In this document: positions 40,082-53,937 of the stretch, in pieces
Position numbering within the stretch: position 1 is the first letter of the stretch
Layout of the letters: each line of letters begins with the position of its first letter
NCBI GenBank assembly: GCA_951406725.2
Contig: OX597820.1
Span: 16,306,001-16,370,000 of the forward strand
Length of the DNA stretch: 64,000 nt
Reading direction: 5' to 3'
DNA from: Octopus vulgaris
Taxonomy: Eukaryota
The notes under the pieces: model-generated
Database searches by the model: none
What the model saw: only the letters and a program-made list of their open reading frames with translations
Told to the model about the DNA's origin: nothing
Program-made: the position numbers and the translations under genes

Positions 40082-41046
40082 ACCTCTCTCTAACAATTTG
40101 AACGTTATCCCCTTCTTTGATCTGATGCTCTTCTTGCTGCTGTTGCAAGAGCAGTAACCTTGTGACTTCACGGATCTGGGAAACCCACCTCTTAGGCATC
40201 GTATATGCAGTTTGCGTCTCATGAAATCGTGATGGAACGCAACAACGGTTACATAATTATTGATTGGCCTTCTCTATTACACGGTAGTGCCATTCATTTT
40301 AGTCTCGTCCTCCTTATTAAGTCGGTAATGGAGTATGTCCCGTGAAGATCTTTTCTTATGAAAATATTTCAACATCTTCAAGATGGCTGCAACTTGATCT
40401 CGAGCGACGCCTTCACAGACGTGGCTTTTCAGTTCTTCTAGATCCACAATATCTTATGTGGTTGTCCCTAGACTTTGGAAAAATAGCTATGCAACGATCC
40501 AATTTTTATACGAAGTAGAAAATACTTCATCATGAAGTATGACAGACATAAGTTAATAGCAAAGGACAAGTATTCGGCAAATAGCAAAACGGAATATAAC
40601 AGTAGATGCATGGCTGGACCGATTATAGCTGCACCTGGTTTGAATATAATATCAGCCGGCTTGTCTTCAAATTAATTAGAAAAGGATTAGCATGAATTTG
40701 TATTTAATTATTGGTTTAACTTGTTAATTAAATTTTAGGGGTTTGGATCAGGTTCCTGGTGCCGAATATTACGGAATTGCTTCAGTCTTTCTTACAAGGC
40801 GAAGGTACTTAGGCGCAGATCTGAAATATATCTCATATAAATCTCGATTTAGTTGGGGGCTTCCATATGCCTCGTAAGACTATGGATGTGTATTGGGAAA
40901 ATTCTCCTCTACTCCATAATTCGAGCTTGGATAAATTTTTATTTTTAAATGTAAGACCAGTAGTTGCTCATGCGTAAAAGACCTCCCCCCCCGTCTCTCC
41001 AAGCTACCATCGTTATCTAAGATCAAGACAACGACCGACACAGCTT

Positions 41047-41290
41047 AGTGAGGACGCGTGGCTTAGTGGTTAGGGTGTTGCACTCACCGTCGCAAGATCG
41101 CGGGTTCGAATCGCAAACCTGGTGGTGCGTTGTGTTCTTGAGCAAAACTCTTCACTTCATATTGACACATGCCCGTCAGTTGTAAAGGAGCAACCCTGTG
41201 ACGGATTGGTGTCCCGTTCAGTGGGGAGGCAGCGGTTCTTTGAATCCTGGGACTCGAGACAGTAATGTCCAGAGGTTGATGGTGAGGAGG
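41047..41290 (+). mobile_element. Diverged tRNA/CORE-like SINE followed by (GAT)n
   Basis: gaggacgcgtggcttagtggttagggtgttgcactcac..gggttcgaatcgc..ttcttgagcaaaac. Confidence 0.7.
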
Positions 41291-41719
41291 AGAAGGAATT
41301 TGATGATGATGATGATGATGATCATGATGATGATGACGAGGAGGAATTTGATAGTACGGTTGAGCACCAATGTCTTCTCAGACTTCGCCGTACGAACATA
41401 AAGTGCCTCCACAGATATAACAAGGAAACACATCAAATGCTCATTCAGTTCCATCAATTCACCGTCCTTGACTGATACTTTATTTATCGATCCCTAAAGG
41501 ATGAACAGAAAAGTCGACCTCGGTAGGATCTGAACTTATGACTCAGATAACCAAGAGAGGGTTATGTGCAGTGTTACGTGTTTAGAAGGATCTTGGTTTT
41601 TCTCAGAAACAAAATACTTAAACCAGTAACAATTACATATGTTCATCTGTCGGAGCGACGAGTGCCATCTAAGAACCCTTTATATATATATATATATATA
41701 AATTCAAACTTCCAAAATT

Positions 41720-42210
<491 letters not shown>

Positions 42211-42212
42211 AG

Positions 42213-42249
<37 letters not shown>

Positions 42250-42255
<6 letters not shown>

Positions 42256-42743
42256 AAAATTCAGGGTGAGTACTTGATAATTGTAAGCACCTGTATATAC
42301 CGTTTGGTGGTGTAGGTGGTGGAGTAAATTAATCAAAATAAAAACATGATGCCAAGGATTCAGCGGTACATATGTTTCGGGCCTTTATTAGACGGATTTA
42401 TAACAATGCATAATGTGTGTCTATGGCCTTCTTCAGCCGCGCACAATTACTACTTCAAGGACATGTATTACATTAAAAATTCTACGTTGGAGATGCAAAT
42501 CCTCTCAGTCGCGTACGACATAATGCGGTACCAGCACAAAAATGAAGCGTCCATCCCGTCCTTCTCTCAATGTAGAATCCCCAACGTAGAATTTTTGATG
42601 TAATACATGTCCTTGAAGTAGTAATTGTGCGCGGCTGAAGAAGGCCATAGACACACATTATGCATTGTTATAAATCCGTCTAATAAAGGCCCGAAACATA
42701 TGTACCGCTGAATCCTTGGCATCATGTTTTTATTTTGATTAAT
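42250..42743. mobile_element. Inverted repeat (about 164-bp arms, about 88-bp spacer) with one intact-core hammerhead motif per arm; probable Penelope-like pLTR pair
   Basis: 42328-42491 is the near-exact reverse complement of 42580-42743; + arm 42631-42708 reads gcgg-CTGAAGA-aggcc...aggccc-GAAA-catatg-TA-ccgc. Confidence 0.8.
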
Positions 42744-43933
42744 ATATGTATATATATATATATGTGTGTGTGAGTAGAGGACACCACAAATAGACGTAGA
42801 ACTCAACGAAAAACGAAAACATAAAAACAAGGGAACGGACTTTTTTTAACAACGAAAAAACAGAGCACAAGACAAACAACACAAGGAATATTCCCCTACA
42901 TCAGCTGTCTGCATATATGTATGCATATATTTTATTTATTAAATTATTGTATGACTGAGCGCCCTCGCGTCGTTTCGTTTCGTTTCTTTCCTTTCTCCAA
43001 GTAAGTTTATATATATATATATATATATATAACCCTACGTAGTAGGCATTCAAATTTGCCAAATTTAGTTATTTTTTCCGTAGATTAAAAAAATGATGCA
43101 TAGACTTGAGCGATCTTTGTATCTTATTGGGTTCCTGAGCAGAGAAATGAGCAACCAAACTGTTTGTGTATTTATCAAATCCAGCAGCTACAGAGACCTG
43201 GAATTAGTAATTTGCATACCCATAAGTGTTTAACACTTCATGTGCGACGAGCTTCCACAGTTTCCGTCAACCAAATTCCGGCCTGGAACCGTTGCCTCGC
43301 AGTAGGACTGTACCCGTAACCACATGGTTTCAAACCGAGCCTCTTAACCGCAGCCATGCGTGCAACTGCAAAACAGGTGGTGAAAGGATGTTTGTGAAAC
43401 GCCATTTTGTAACCGCAGACGTTGAACAACAAAAGTTCGTTCGACAATTGCTGGTCCAAACGATTTAAAGCTAAAACATGCTGTCATTTCGATTAGATAA
43501 TGAAATATTATACTTAGTATTTAGCGCCTTAATTGAACAGGCCATACATCATGAACCCTGTTGGCGGATCTATAAATTGAGACCATTAAATTAAATTAAA
43601 ATTAATCTAATTTTATTAATTCGTTGTTGGCATAGAACTTGAATGTTGAACGCATGTTTACAGATAAACAAGCGAAGCGGATATAAAAGAAAATACTCTT
43701 TGCTCGCTCTTGACGTCATAAATTCTGGGTTATAGTCGAAAACATGCTTAGGTGGTTAAACACAGTCGAAAACTAATTAGCTACCCATGTTAATAGTTCG
43801 CTGATTTTGAAATATATGTCAGTGGAAATATGTATGCATACGTGTATATGAATAAACATACGTGCATATATGTAAGGCTGTATGTGTTTGTACGTAAGCA
43901 TGCATAAATACAGAGGTGGGCAAAAGTAGGTAT

Positions 43934-44204
43934 GTTGTTTGTTCCTTCTCGAGCAATGCCTGGCTCATAAGGGCCGGTTTCAATGGCGTATAGGTTCCCC
44001 ACGCAGGTGAGCTATTAGATGCAAGGGGAAACAGTGAGAGAAAGTTGTCGCATTTTGCAGAAGTTCGCCATTACCTTCTGCCGGAGCGGCGTGGAGTTAG
44101 GTGTTTCGCTTATAAACACACACATCACCTGGTCTGAGATTCGAACCCGTGATCCTTCGACCGCTTTGTCCGCTGCTCTAACCACTAGGCCATGTGCTTC
44201 TATT
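43934..44204 (-). mobile_element. OR-like SINE subfamily 2 with 12-bp TSD
   Basis: aaaagtaggtat at 43922-43933 and 44205-44216. Confidence 0.85.
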
Positions 44205-44295
44205 AAAAGTAGGTATACAGTTGCTTAATATGGGTGGAATGTTCTTTTCATTTTTCTATTTCTTTTCTAGAATAAGAATTCCAGTCACACTCGTT

Positions 44296-44500
44296 TCAAA
44301 CTTTGGCACAAGGCCAGCAATTTCGGGGGAGGAACCAAGTCAATTACATCGACCTCAGTACTCAATTGGTACTTATTATACTGACCCCGAAAGGATAAAA
44401 GGCAATGTCGGCCTCGGCGGAATTCGAACTCAGAACATAAAGACGGACGAAATGCCGCTAAGCAATTTATCCGGCATGCTAACGATTCCGCCAGATCGCC
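44296..44500 (-). mobile_element. Meta-core SINE with short alternative tail
   Basis: Core as in 785-1205; tail aaattgctggccttgtgccaaagtttgaaac; related copies at 47465-47610, 57425-57640 and 61045-61200. Confidence 0.8.
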
Positions 44501-46649
44501 AACTTGCACTTTCACTCATATTAAGCAACTTATACCTACTTTTACACACCCCCGTATGTGTATATGTAGATATGTATGTGTGTTTTTGTGAATGTGTGTG
44601 AAGCCGCATAGCTCAGCAGTTAGAGCCTCGGGTTCACAATCATGATGTAGTGAGTTCGATTCCCGAGCTGGGCTGTGTGTTGTGTTCTTGAGCAAGGCAC
44701 ATTATTTCATGTTGCTCCAGTTCACTCAGCTGTAGAAATGAGTTGCGACATCACAGGTGCCAAGCTGTATCGGCCCCTTTGCCTCTCCCTTCGGTAACAT
44801 CGATGGCGTGGAGAGGAGAGGCTGGTATGTATGGGCAACTGCTGACCTCCTATAAACAACCTTGCCTGGACTTGTGCTCCGGAGGAGAACTTTCTAGGAG
44901 CAATCCCATGGTCATTCATGGCGGAAGGGGCGGGGATCTTTACCCTTTACCCTTTATGTATGTATCTATGTATGTACGTATGCGTGTTCCATATTTGTCA
45001 GCCTCAATTTGTGAAGCAAGTCACAGCTTTGCTCAGATGACGCGACGTTTCAGATTTCGTTCCATCGAACATAGGCATACACACACTCATACATATATAC
45101 ACACACGCACATTATTGTTGCAGTTGTGCTCCAAAAGAAAGCCTACCACTAACATGTTAGCCATAAAACTGACTACTTAGGGAATGCAATCGTTTTTCTA
45201 TCCAACCCACATGGTCACATAATCATTACCAACATCTGCACACCACTAACTTTGCATTGGGCATCATGACCTGGCACTTTATGCCTCAGATTTCATCAAA
45301 GGAATGTGTCTATTGGACGCGGCTGTTTGGGCGCTGGCGATTTAGCAATGCTGAATGGACATTGGACCTGTTTTGGCGACAGTACATTTTGGTAATGTAT
45401 GGAGGTAAACACGCGTTCGCGTGCGCAGAATTGTATAATACATAAGGCCGGAGAGAGAATTGGAGAGAGAGAGAGATTACAATTTATTAACCGAACGCGA
45501 TTAACATAAACACTTTCCCTCTCCTCATTTGCATACATAGAAATATGCTCACACACATAAACAGAGACAGACTGATAGACAGACAGACAGAGAACGAGAG
45601 TCAGACAGAATGGGAAAAACATAAAAACGAGAGAAATATTAAAATGTCTGATGTCAAATAAGTCAGCGTCAAATCAGCGACGCCAAATAAGCGGCGTCAA
45701 AACGGCTGCGGCAAAACATCTCTTACCCTTTTGTGAAGACTCCCTAATAATGAAGAGTCCATTATTCTGTATTATACAATAGTGTAGTTAGCACGGCTGC
45801 CATATACAGCAATAAAATCCCAATCTTGTGCATTAAGTGTAAACAAGTAATTTGAAGTACCAGCGGACGAGACCACGCCGCCCATTCGAGGGCAGCATCT
45901 GAAAAATTTGCTCTTTGAGCTCAGGAAAATGCCTAGATCGTGTGAATTTTTAGATTTTCCTCTCCATCAAGAAATAAAATTCTAGTTTTGTGCTTTAAAT
46001 GTAAACAAGCAATTTGAAGTAACAGTAGATAGGACCACGCTGCCCAAATGAATTTGCCTTCATAAGGGCAGCATTCGACAATTTCGCTGTTTGAGCTCAG
46101 GAAAATGCCTGAATTGTATGAATTTTTAGATTTCCCTCTCTATCAGGCAGAGTATGAATTTTCTACTTCTATTATGATATGGCATTGTACGTTCCAGCAA
46201 ACACCAGTCGATGTCATACTACATTGCTTCCGCTTTTATCCACCTTTTAGCTGGGAAAACTGTATCTCCAGCGTAAAGGAGGCGATACTCTTCTGACCAG
46301 CATGCATGAAGAATCATCAATATTTTTTATTTAGAATATCCGGCGTGAAACCGACGGTAACATTCTGACCATTTATATGCCATAACCAGTTATATACTGT
46401 TTGAGGATATAGATCAATGTGTGTGTGTGTGTGTGCGTGCGCGTGTGTGCGTGCGCGTGTGTGCGTGCGCGTGTGTGCGTGCGCGTGTGTGCGTGCGCGT
46501 GCATGCGTGCGTGCATATGTATGTATGTATGTGTTTGTGTATGTATTGTATAATACTGTATAATAATGTTAACTGTCTGAAGTAGGAGTATCAAGTACTC
46601 GATACCATACTAGTGATGAATAATAACGCGAGTGCACACACGTTTATAT

Positions 46650-47460
46650 AGATTGGAAACGAAGTCCAGTGGCGTTTTAAGATGGGAAAGAAACAAATAA
46701 TTCTGGGGTCATAATTCATATATTTAATCAAGATAATATTTTCCCTGTTTTATTTATAACACAATCTCATCCACTTGGTAAATTGTTGATCCCTTGAGCG
46801 TAAAATTCTTCAGATTTCGAAGCAAACGCTCAGTATCATCTTTAAAATCTTCACAATTAATTAACTATTTTCCTTTTAAATAATGTTGAAATGATCTGAA
46901 AAGATGATAGTCTGTTGGGAAAAGTTCAGTGGATTAAGGAAGATGAGGCAACACTTCTGTATTTAATGCCATAATCTTTTCATTAATGATTAGAGCAACC
47001 AATAAATTGTGCTTTTCCTACAAATGCTTCTACAAATGCTTCTAACTGACAATACTTTTCCCCATTAAACTGTTTCGTTGTGGTTTAACACATGATGGAA
47101 GACGACATCCTTCGTGTCCCACCAAACGCATAACTTTTTTCGTGTCTAGTCTTGGTTTGAACATGGGTCTCCCTTTTTCATTGAGTACCAACCGTTGTCG
47201 TTTTCACTGGAAATGATTATAGAGAACAGACATTACGTCATTTGGGATGATTCTGTCCAGAAAAGATTCCTGAAGAACAGCGGATATTAAGCTGAGAAGC
47301 AGTCACATGATAGTCTCACTGGCCAAGTTAAGAAACTATTCCTTGTTCATGAAGGTGTTTTCTGATTGAGATATGACTTGAACTGGAATGCATTGCTAAC
47401 TCCCGTGCAGTTTACTTTAGATTTTTCATAACAGTGATATTCAGAAGCTCAGTATTAAAA
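46650..47460 (-). pseudogene. Highly decayed mariner transposase
   Basis: Minus-strand VLPHLP*STELFPTDYHLFRSFQHY is a degenerate YSPDLAPTDYHLFRS motif. Confidence 0.75.
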
Positions 47461-47861
47461 GAATTTGAGTTCAAATTCCACCGAGGTCGACTTTGCTTTT
47501 CATCCTTCCGGAGTCGATAAAATAGGTACCAGTTGAGCACTGGAGGTCAATGTAATCGATTAACCTTGCCACGATATTGCCGGCCTTGTGTCAAAATTTG
47601 AAACCAATATTGACAGAACTTAGTAGAAGGTAATCTGAAAGAGAAAAAAATTCCCTGGTTCAACAGCTGTTGGCATGTTCGGATACTTAAAGCTTCGGGG
47701 TGGCAGCGCTAAGCAGTGATGTGTATAAATGCAAGGTTATTACCAGTTCGAATATACTTGGGGTATACTGGAACCCCTAAGAAACTCATTCTATGTGCAC
47801 GAGTTTCATTAACATTGAGATAGCAGAACCCCAACACATTGAGGTGGCCTAATACTTTTGG

Positions 47862-48165
47862 GCGTAGAGGCACATGGCCTAGTGGTTACAGCAGTGGACT
47901 CGCGGTCGAGTGATTGCGAGTTCGAATCTCAGACTGGGCGATGTGTATGTTTATGAGAGAAACACCTAAGCTCCACGCGGCTCCGGCAGAAGGTAATGAC
48001 GAACTTCTGCTGACTCTTTCACCACAACTTTCTCTCACTCTTGCCTCCTGCATCTTGCAGCTCACCTGCGATGGACTGGCGCCACGTCCAGGTGGGGAAC
48101 CTATACGCCAAGAAAACCAGGAAACCGTCCCTAATGAGGCAGGCGTGGCTCGAGAAGGAACAAAC
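47862..48165 (+). mobile_element. OR-like SINE subfamily 2 with 11-bp TSD
   Basis: aatacttttgg at 47851-47861 and 48166-48176. Confidence 0.85.
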
Positions 48166-48246
48166 AATACTTTTGGCCTAAGCTGTACACTTGCTTATTC
48201 CTACACCTGTCTTCGTATTTGTTTTTCGATAAATTTGAACTCTGTG

Positions 48247-48313
<67 letters not shown>

Positions 48314-48599
48314 ATATATAAATATATATATATTTATAAAACCAGGCGTAGAGGGACGAAAGGTGAAGTTGATTTTGCTCTGATTTGAACTCTCACCCGT
48401 AAGATAATGAAAAGCTGATTTAAATATTGTGGTGCAAAGATGTCAAATGTTAATTTTTACCGCCTGACTTGAAAAAAACAAACTCGGCTGTTGTCAGCCA
48501 TTAAAGAAAATTTAATGATTATGATCGTGATCATGATGACGATGATGACAACGGCATCGGTGGCGACTAGGAAGAAGATTAGTGCAAGGCGGAAAGTGG

Positions 48600-49158
48600 C
48601 CGTGTCAGCAGCGGCGGCGGCGGTGGCGGTGATGGTGGTGGTGGTGGTGGTGGTGTGTGTGTGATGGTGGTGGTGGTGGCGGCGGCGGTAGTGGTTGTGG
48701 TGGCAGTGGTGCTGGTGGCAGGGGTGGAAGCGGCAGTGTTGGTGGCAGCAGTGGTGGTGGTGGTGGGTGGTGGTGACGGCAGTGGTGGTGACAGCAGCAG
48801 TGGTGGCGACGGCGGCGGTGGTGGTGGTGGGGGGCTGGTGCTAGTGGTAGTGATGGCAGCGGCGGCAGTGGTGGTGACGGTAGTGGCAGCAGCAGCAGCA
48901 GCGGTGGTAGTGATGATGGCAGCAGTGGTGGCGGCGGCGGCGGCGGTGGTGGAGGCGGCGGCGGTGGTGGTGGAGGTAGAGTGGTGGTGGCGGCGGCGGC
49001 AGTGGTGGTGGTGGAGGTAGAGTGGTGGTGGCGGCGGCGGCGGCAGTGGTAGCAGCAGCGATGGTTGTAGTTGGCAGCAGTGGTGGCGGTGACGGTGGCG
49101 GTAGTGGCGGTAGTGGTAGCAGTAGAAGTGGTGGCGGTGGTGGCGGTGGTGGTAGCAG
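48600..49158. repeat. GC-rich compound trinucleotide tract (GGT/GGC/GCA)
   Basis: Direct inspection; includes an internal duplication of ggtggtggtggaggtagagtggtggtggcggcggcg. Confidence 0.95.
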
Positions 49159-49774
49159 TTTTTTCTTTTTTTTGTGATAGTTGATAATGAGCTTGACACA
49201 TTAAAGACACGACGGCGTTGCTTAAATTTTTTCTGTTTTTTTTTTTATATCCTTATAGTTGTTTTTTTTTGGGGGGGGGGGTTCACTTTTTAAAGGCGCA
49301 CATTTTTCAAAACGAGGCAGAAACATAACAAAATGCATATATGTAAACAAACAAACAAACAAATAGACCAAGAACCAAGATATAATAAAAAATAAAGTCA
49401 GATAAAAAAAAAAAAAAAACAAAGAAAAAAAATAAACAAAGAAAAACAAAATCAGTGAAGTGGAACGGATGACCATCTGGCTAAGGCGACAGGTGTTTCA
49501 AATCCCGCTCCCCACCAAAGTCAGACGTTCACCAATATAAAGCCAAACTAACGTGACGGTGCACTCTCCAGTACGAGTAGTAAGAGGAAGGGGAGGAGGT
49601 GTAGGAAGAGGAGTGGTGAAGGCGGTGGGGAAGTGTGTGGTGGTGATGGTGATGGTGATGGTGGTGGTGGTGATGGTGGTGCTCGGCAGAGCATTCCTTG
49701 AATAACATTGCTACACATATTAAGTTTATTATGCACACAATACAAGAATTGACTATACAAATAAGAGGTACGTA

Positions 49775-49779
<5 letters not shown>

Positions 49780-49818
<39 letters not shown>

Positions 49819-49999
49819 TGTATGCATCATATATGCATACGTCAGATATATATGCATATATACGCACACACGTATGTACATAGATACATACATATATACA
49901 TATATACACACACACACACACACACATAGACACATGTATGCATCATATATGCATACGTCAGATATATATGCATATATACGCACACACGTATGTACATAG

Positions 50000-50042
<43 letters not shown>

Positions 50043-50381
50043 CACATGTATGCATCATATATGCATACGTCAGATATATATGCATATATACGCACACACG
50101 TATGTACATAGATACATACATATATACATATATACACACACACACACACACACATAGACACATGTATGCATCATATATGCATACGTCAGATATATATGCA
50201 TATATACGCACACACGTATGTACATAGATACATACATATATACATATATACACACACACACACACACACATAGACACATGTATGCATCATATATGCATAC
50301 GTCAGATATATATGCATATATACGCACACACGTATGTACATAGATACATACATATATACATATATACACACACACACACAC

Positions 50382-50385
<4 letters not shown>
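49780..50385. repeat. About 112-116-bp minisatellite x 5 built from microsatellite blocks
   Basis: cacatgtatgcatcatatatgcatacgtcagatata recurs five times. Confidence 0.95.
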
Positions 50386-50427
<42 letters not shown>

Positions 50428-50430
<3 letters not shown>

Positions 50431-50625
50431 TTTTAGGAGTTGGTTTGCAAGATTCTTTATATGGAGTTTTCGTGTGTTGAAGCATATTCTGTTGTGTCTG
50501 GGAGAGTCACATTGGTTTGTGCCTTATTATAACACACCCGGTAAATTTCACTTTTATATTTTACTTTTATTTTCCTAAAATTTTATATCACCGTCTTGCA
50601 ACCTTTTCAGATGTTTTAACTCAAA
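50428..50625 (-). mobile_element. Short dispersed element with a variant hammerhead-like motif (second copy 58245-58430)
   Basis: Shared gttgtgtctgggRgag..gtgccttattat..ccggtaaa..cgtcttgcaaccttttca; the 58386-58422 copy reads cta-TTGAAAA-g-gttgc-aagac-gcaac-GAAA-at-TT-tag on the minus strand. Confidence 0.55.
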
Positions 50626-50919
50626 ACTATTGAAAATGACGCCACCCCGCTGGCTAAGCGAGCAGGCCAACAGAAAAAGAGTGAGAAAAGTTGTGGCGAA
50701 ATAGTAAGCAGGGATCGCCAATTTTACCGGAGCCTCGTGGAGCTTTAGGTGTTTTCGCTCAATAAACACTCAAAACGCCCGGTCTGGGAATCGAAACCGC
50801 GATCCAACGACCGCGAGTCCGCTGCCCTACCCATAGGCCATTGCGCCTTTTTTTTTTAATATGCTAGGCCACTGGTTTTAATTGATTAATATCAATTTCT
50901 ACCCTTATTTAATTTTAGA

Positions 50920-51015
<96 letters not shown>

Positions 51016-51221
51016 TAGAGTATCTAAAAGATACCACCACGCTGGAAATAGTAGAAAAAACTTGACTCAAAAACCACATTTAATGTTCATGTATGTATTT
51101 CTTAGATACCCTAAATTATAATTTTAATAATAATTATTACCTTTGAAGGTTTTTATTCCCATGCTGGCCACTTGATAAAATCAATATTTAAATTAACGAT
51201 CTTATCCTTATTTATATATAT

Positions 51222-51447
51222 ATTTCTTTACTGCCCACAAGGGGCTAAACACAAAGGGGACAAACAAAGACAGACAAAGGGATTAAGCTGATTACATCAA
51301 CCCCAGTGCGTAACTGGTACTTAATTTATCGACCCCGAAAGGATGAAAGGCAAAGTCGACCCCGGCGGAATTTGAACTCAGAACGTAACGACAGACGAAA
51401 TACCGCTAAGCATTTCGCCCAGCGCGCTAACGCTTCTGCCAGCTCGT
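51222..51447 (-). mobile_element. Meta-core SINE monomer
   Basis: Same family as 785-1205. Confidence 0.9.
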
Positions 51448-51484
51448 CATATATATACATACACACACACGCACACACACACGC

Positions 51485-51555
<71 letters not shown>

Positions 51556-51667
51556 TCGTCACTCATTAATTTCAAAAATTAAGAGTTAAAAATTCTTAGT
51601 GTTGTAAGAAGCGCGCAGTATACACTGACAGGGGAGATAACCACTCCATGGACGTTTCTATGATTAG

Positions 51668-51715
51668 ACTAGACTAGTTTCGCCTCGTAGTTTCACTCGT
51701 AGGCTCGTCAGTAGT
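51668..51715 (-). ncRNA. Canonical minimal type-I hammerhead ribozyme motif
   Basis: acta-CTGACGA-gcct-acgagtgaaactacg-aggc-GAAA-ctag-TC-tagt: intact core, stems I and II, palindromic helix III, GUC site. Confidence 0.8.
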
Positions 51716-52040
51716 GATCGCTCAATATATATATTTTTACCATGAAAATTTAGGGTTGCTTTAGCGAAATGCTAATGCGAATATCAAATATTAATATAAA
51801 CAGCCAGGCGCAATATAATACCATAAAGGAAAAAAATTATCATCCCTAATACTGAATGAGGAGGCCAAAGCACCTACATTGCAAGAAATAAGAGTTAAAA
51901 CACTTATGCTGTATGAAGCGTGCTGACAGGGGAGATAGTCTAGTGATTCTAAAAAAGCTCATGGGTGGTTATTTCCCCTGTCAGTATATATATACATACA
52001 TACATGCACATATATATATACATATATGTATATATATATA

Positions 52041-52242
52041 TGACCGCGTGTGTACCGTTGGCGATTTTTTCCCCTCCGTGTTCCCTTCTTTGGATCTTTC
52101 CTTTTCCTATGTTTCCGACGAAGAGCTCCGCTCGAAACGTTAAACCCTCCTTCTTACCTTCTTTCCTGACCGTCCAATAATACTATACTTGTTCCACGTC
52201 CTCGCATTGTTGTGTTTTCTCTTTGTGTTTTCATGTTTGGAT

Positions 52243-52247
<5 letters not shown>
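52041..52247 (+). mobile_element. Family A hammerhead-bearing element
   Basis: 52111-52145 reads gttt-CCGACGA-a-gagc-tcc-gctc-GAAA-cg-TT-aaac; (TA)n on both sides. Confidence 0.7.
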
Positions 52248-52329
<82 letters not shown>

Positions 52330-52339
52330 CACTTTTTTT

Positions 52340-52747
52340 TATTCTTTTACTCTTTACTTGTTTCAGTCATTTGACTGCGGCCATGCTGGAGCACCACTTT
52401 TAGTCGAGCAAATCGACCCCGGGACTTATTCTTTGTAAGCCCAGTACTTATTCTATCAGTCTCTTTTGCCGAACCGCTATGTAACGGGGACGTAAACATA
52501 CGAGCATCGGTTGTCAAACAATGCTAGGGGGACAAACACAGACACACAAACATATACACACATATACATATATATATATATATACATATATACGACAGGC
52601 TTCTTTCAGTTTCCGTCTACCAAACCCACTCACAAGGCATTGGTCGGCCCGGGGCTATAGCAGAAGACACTTGCCCAAGATGCCACGCAGTGGGACTGAA
52701 CCCAGAACCATGTGGTTGGTAAGCAAGCTACTTACCACACAGCCACT
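52340..52747 (-). mobile_element. Full-length family K SINE
   Basis: Reverse complement of 24068-24455. Confidence 0.9.
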
Positions 52748-53239
52748 GCTGTTATATATTTACGTTGAGATCTCTCTCCGATTCGTGACATACTGGAATA
52801 GTTCATTCGACAATCGACTCTTCCGATATGCAACAACCTGTGGCCAGCATACTCGCACCAGGCAATCGATTTCTGCACAGAATGGTGAACCGCAGCTTTG
52901 ACGGGAACCACACTCAACATGTTACAAAACATTTGGCCGACTTCAAGCGAGGAGGAGTTCTACATCGCTGTGGCACTCTTCGTTCTACAGTAGACTGGCA
53001 CCTCTGCGAGTTTGTGTGTGTGTGTGAGTGTGTGTGTATGTGTGTGTGTGTGTGTGTTTGGATATGTATATATATCACGTGATCACGTGAGCGACCAAGC
53101 TATCAGATGTTGCTGCACATCGCTGGTCACAATGCGCTTTGCATTGTTTTAGCCTTCAAATGACGCCACCCCGCTGGCTAAGCGAGCAGGCCTATGTATA
53201 TATAAATATGTGCACATGTGTGTGTGTGTATGCATACAT

Positions 53240-53316
<77 letters not shown>

Positions 53317-53406
53317 CAACTAATGAGGATGAGAAAGTTGGATACATTTTTTATGTGGCTGGATCTATTTTTAGTGCTAGAGTAGACCACATGGTGGTTA
53401 CCCTCT

Positions 53407-53474
<68 letters not shown>

Positions 53475-53937
53475 GGTGGATGGTTGAATGCGCACAAACA
53501 CACACACACACACGGAAGCTTCTGGAGCGCCAAGAGCCAAACTTAAGTAGAAAGCTGCACCAATCCCTACACTGGATGTCACTGCATAGTTCAATCCAGG
53601 CTCTTTAGTGGGACATTTTTCTTTCGCCAGAACTTCATGCAATTATATTCATAGCTTAATTTTTTTCCCTTCCATATTGTCCCCGCAACAATAAAATGTC
53701 TCAATCGAAAACTATGTTCTTCAAACTCAGGAAAATCCTTTAAACTGCTCTCTGGGTTTTGTCTAATTCGCACAGCTTTTTTTCTTTAAGATCCTCCTGG
53801 AAACTTAATGAAGACGTCTTTAATATTCCACCAAGGGGGGGGAGTACAAAACACAAACTAATTCAGTAACTTTAGGTGTATTTTACCAGTACTACCATTT
53901 TTAATGCCATTTATCATTTCACTTGATAATCCTATCT

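Noticed and set aside
48579-49210. Pro/Thr/Ala/His-rich ORFs of about 200 aa
   Set aside because: Open in several frames only because of trinucleotide repeats; no domain or splice evidence, so not called as CDS.
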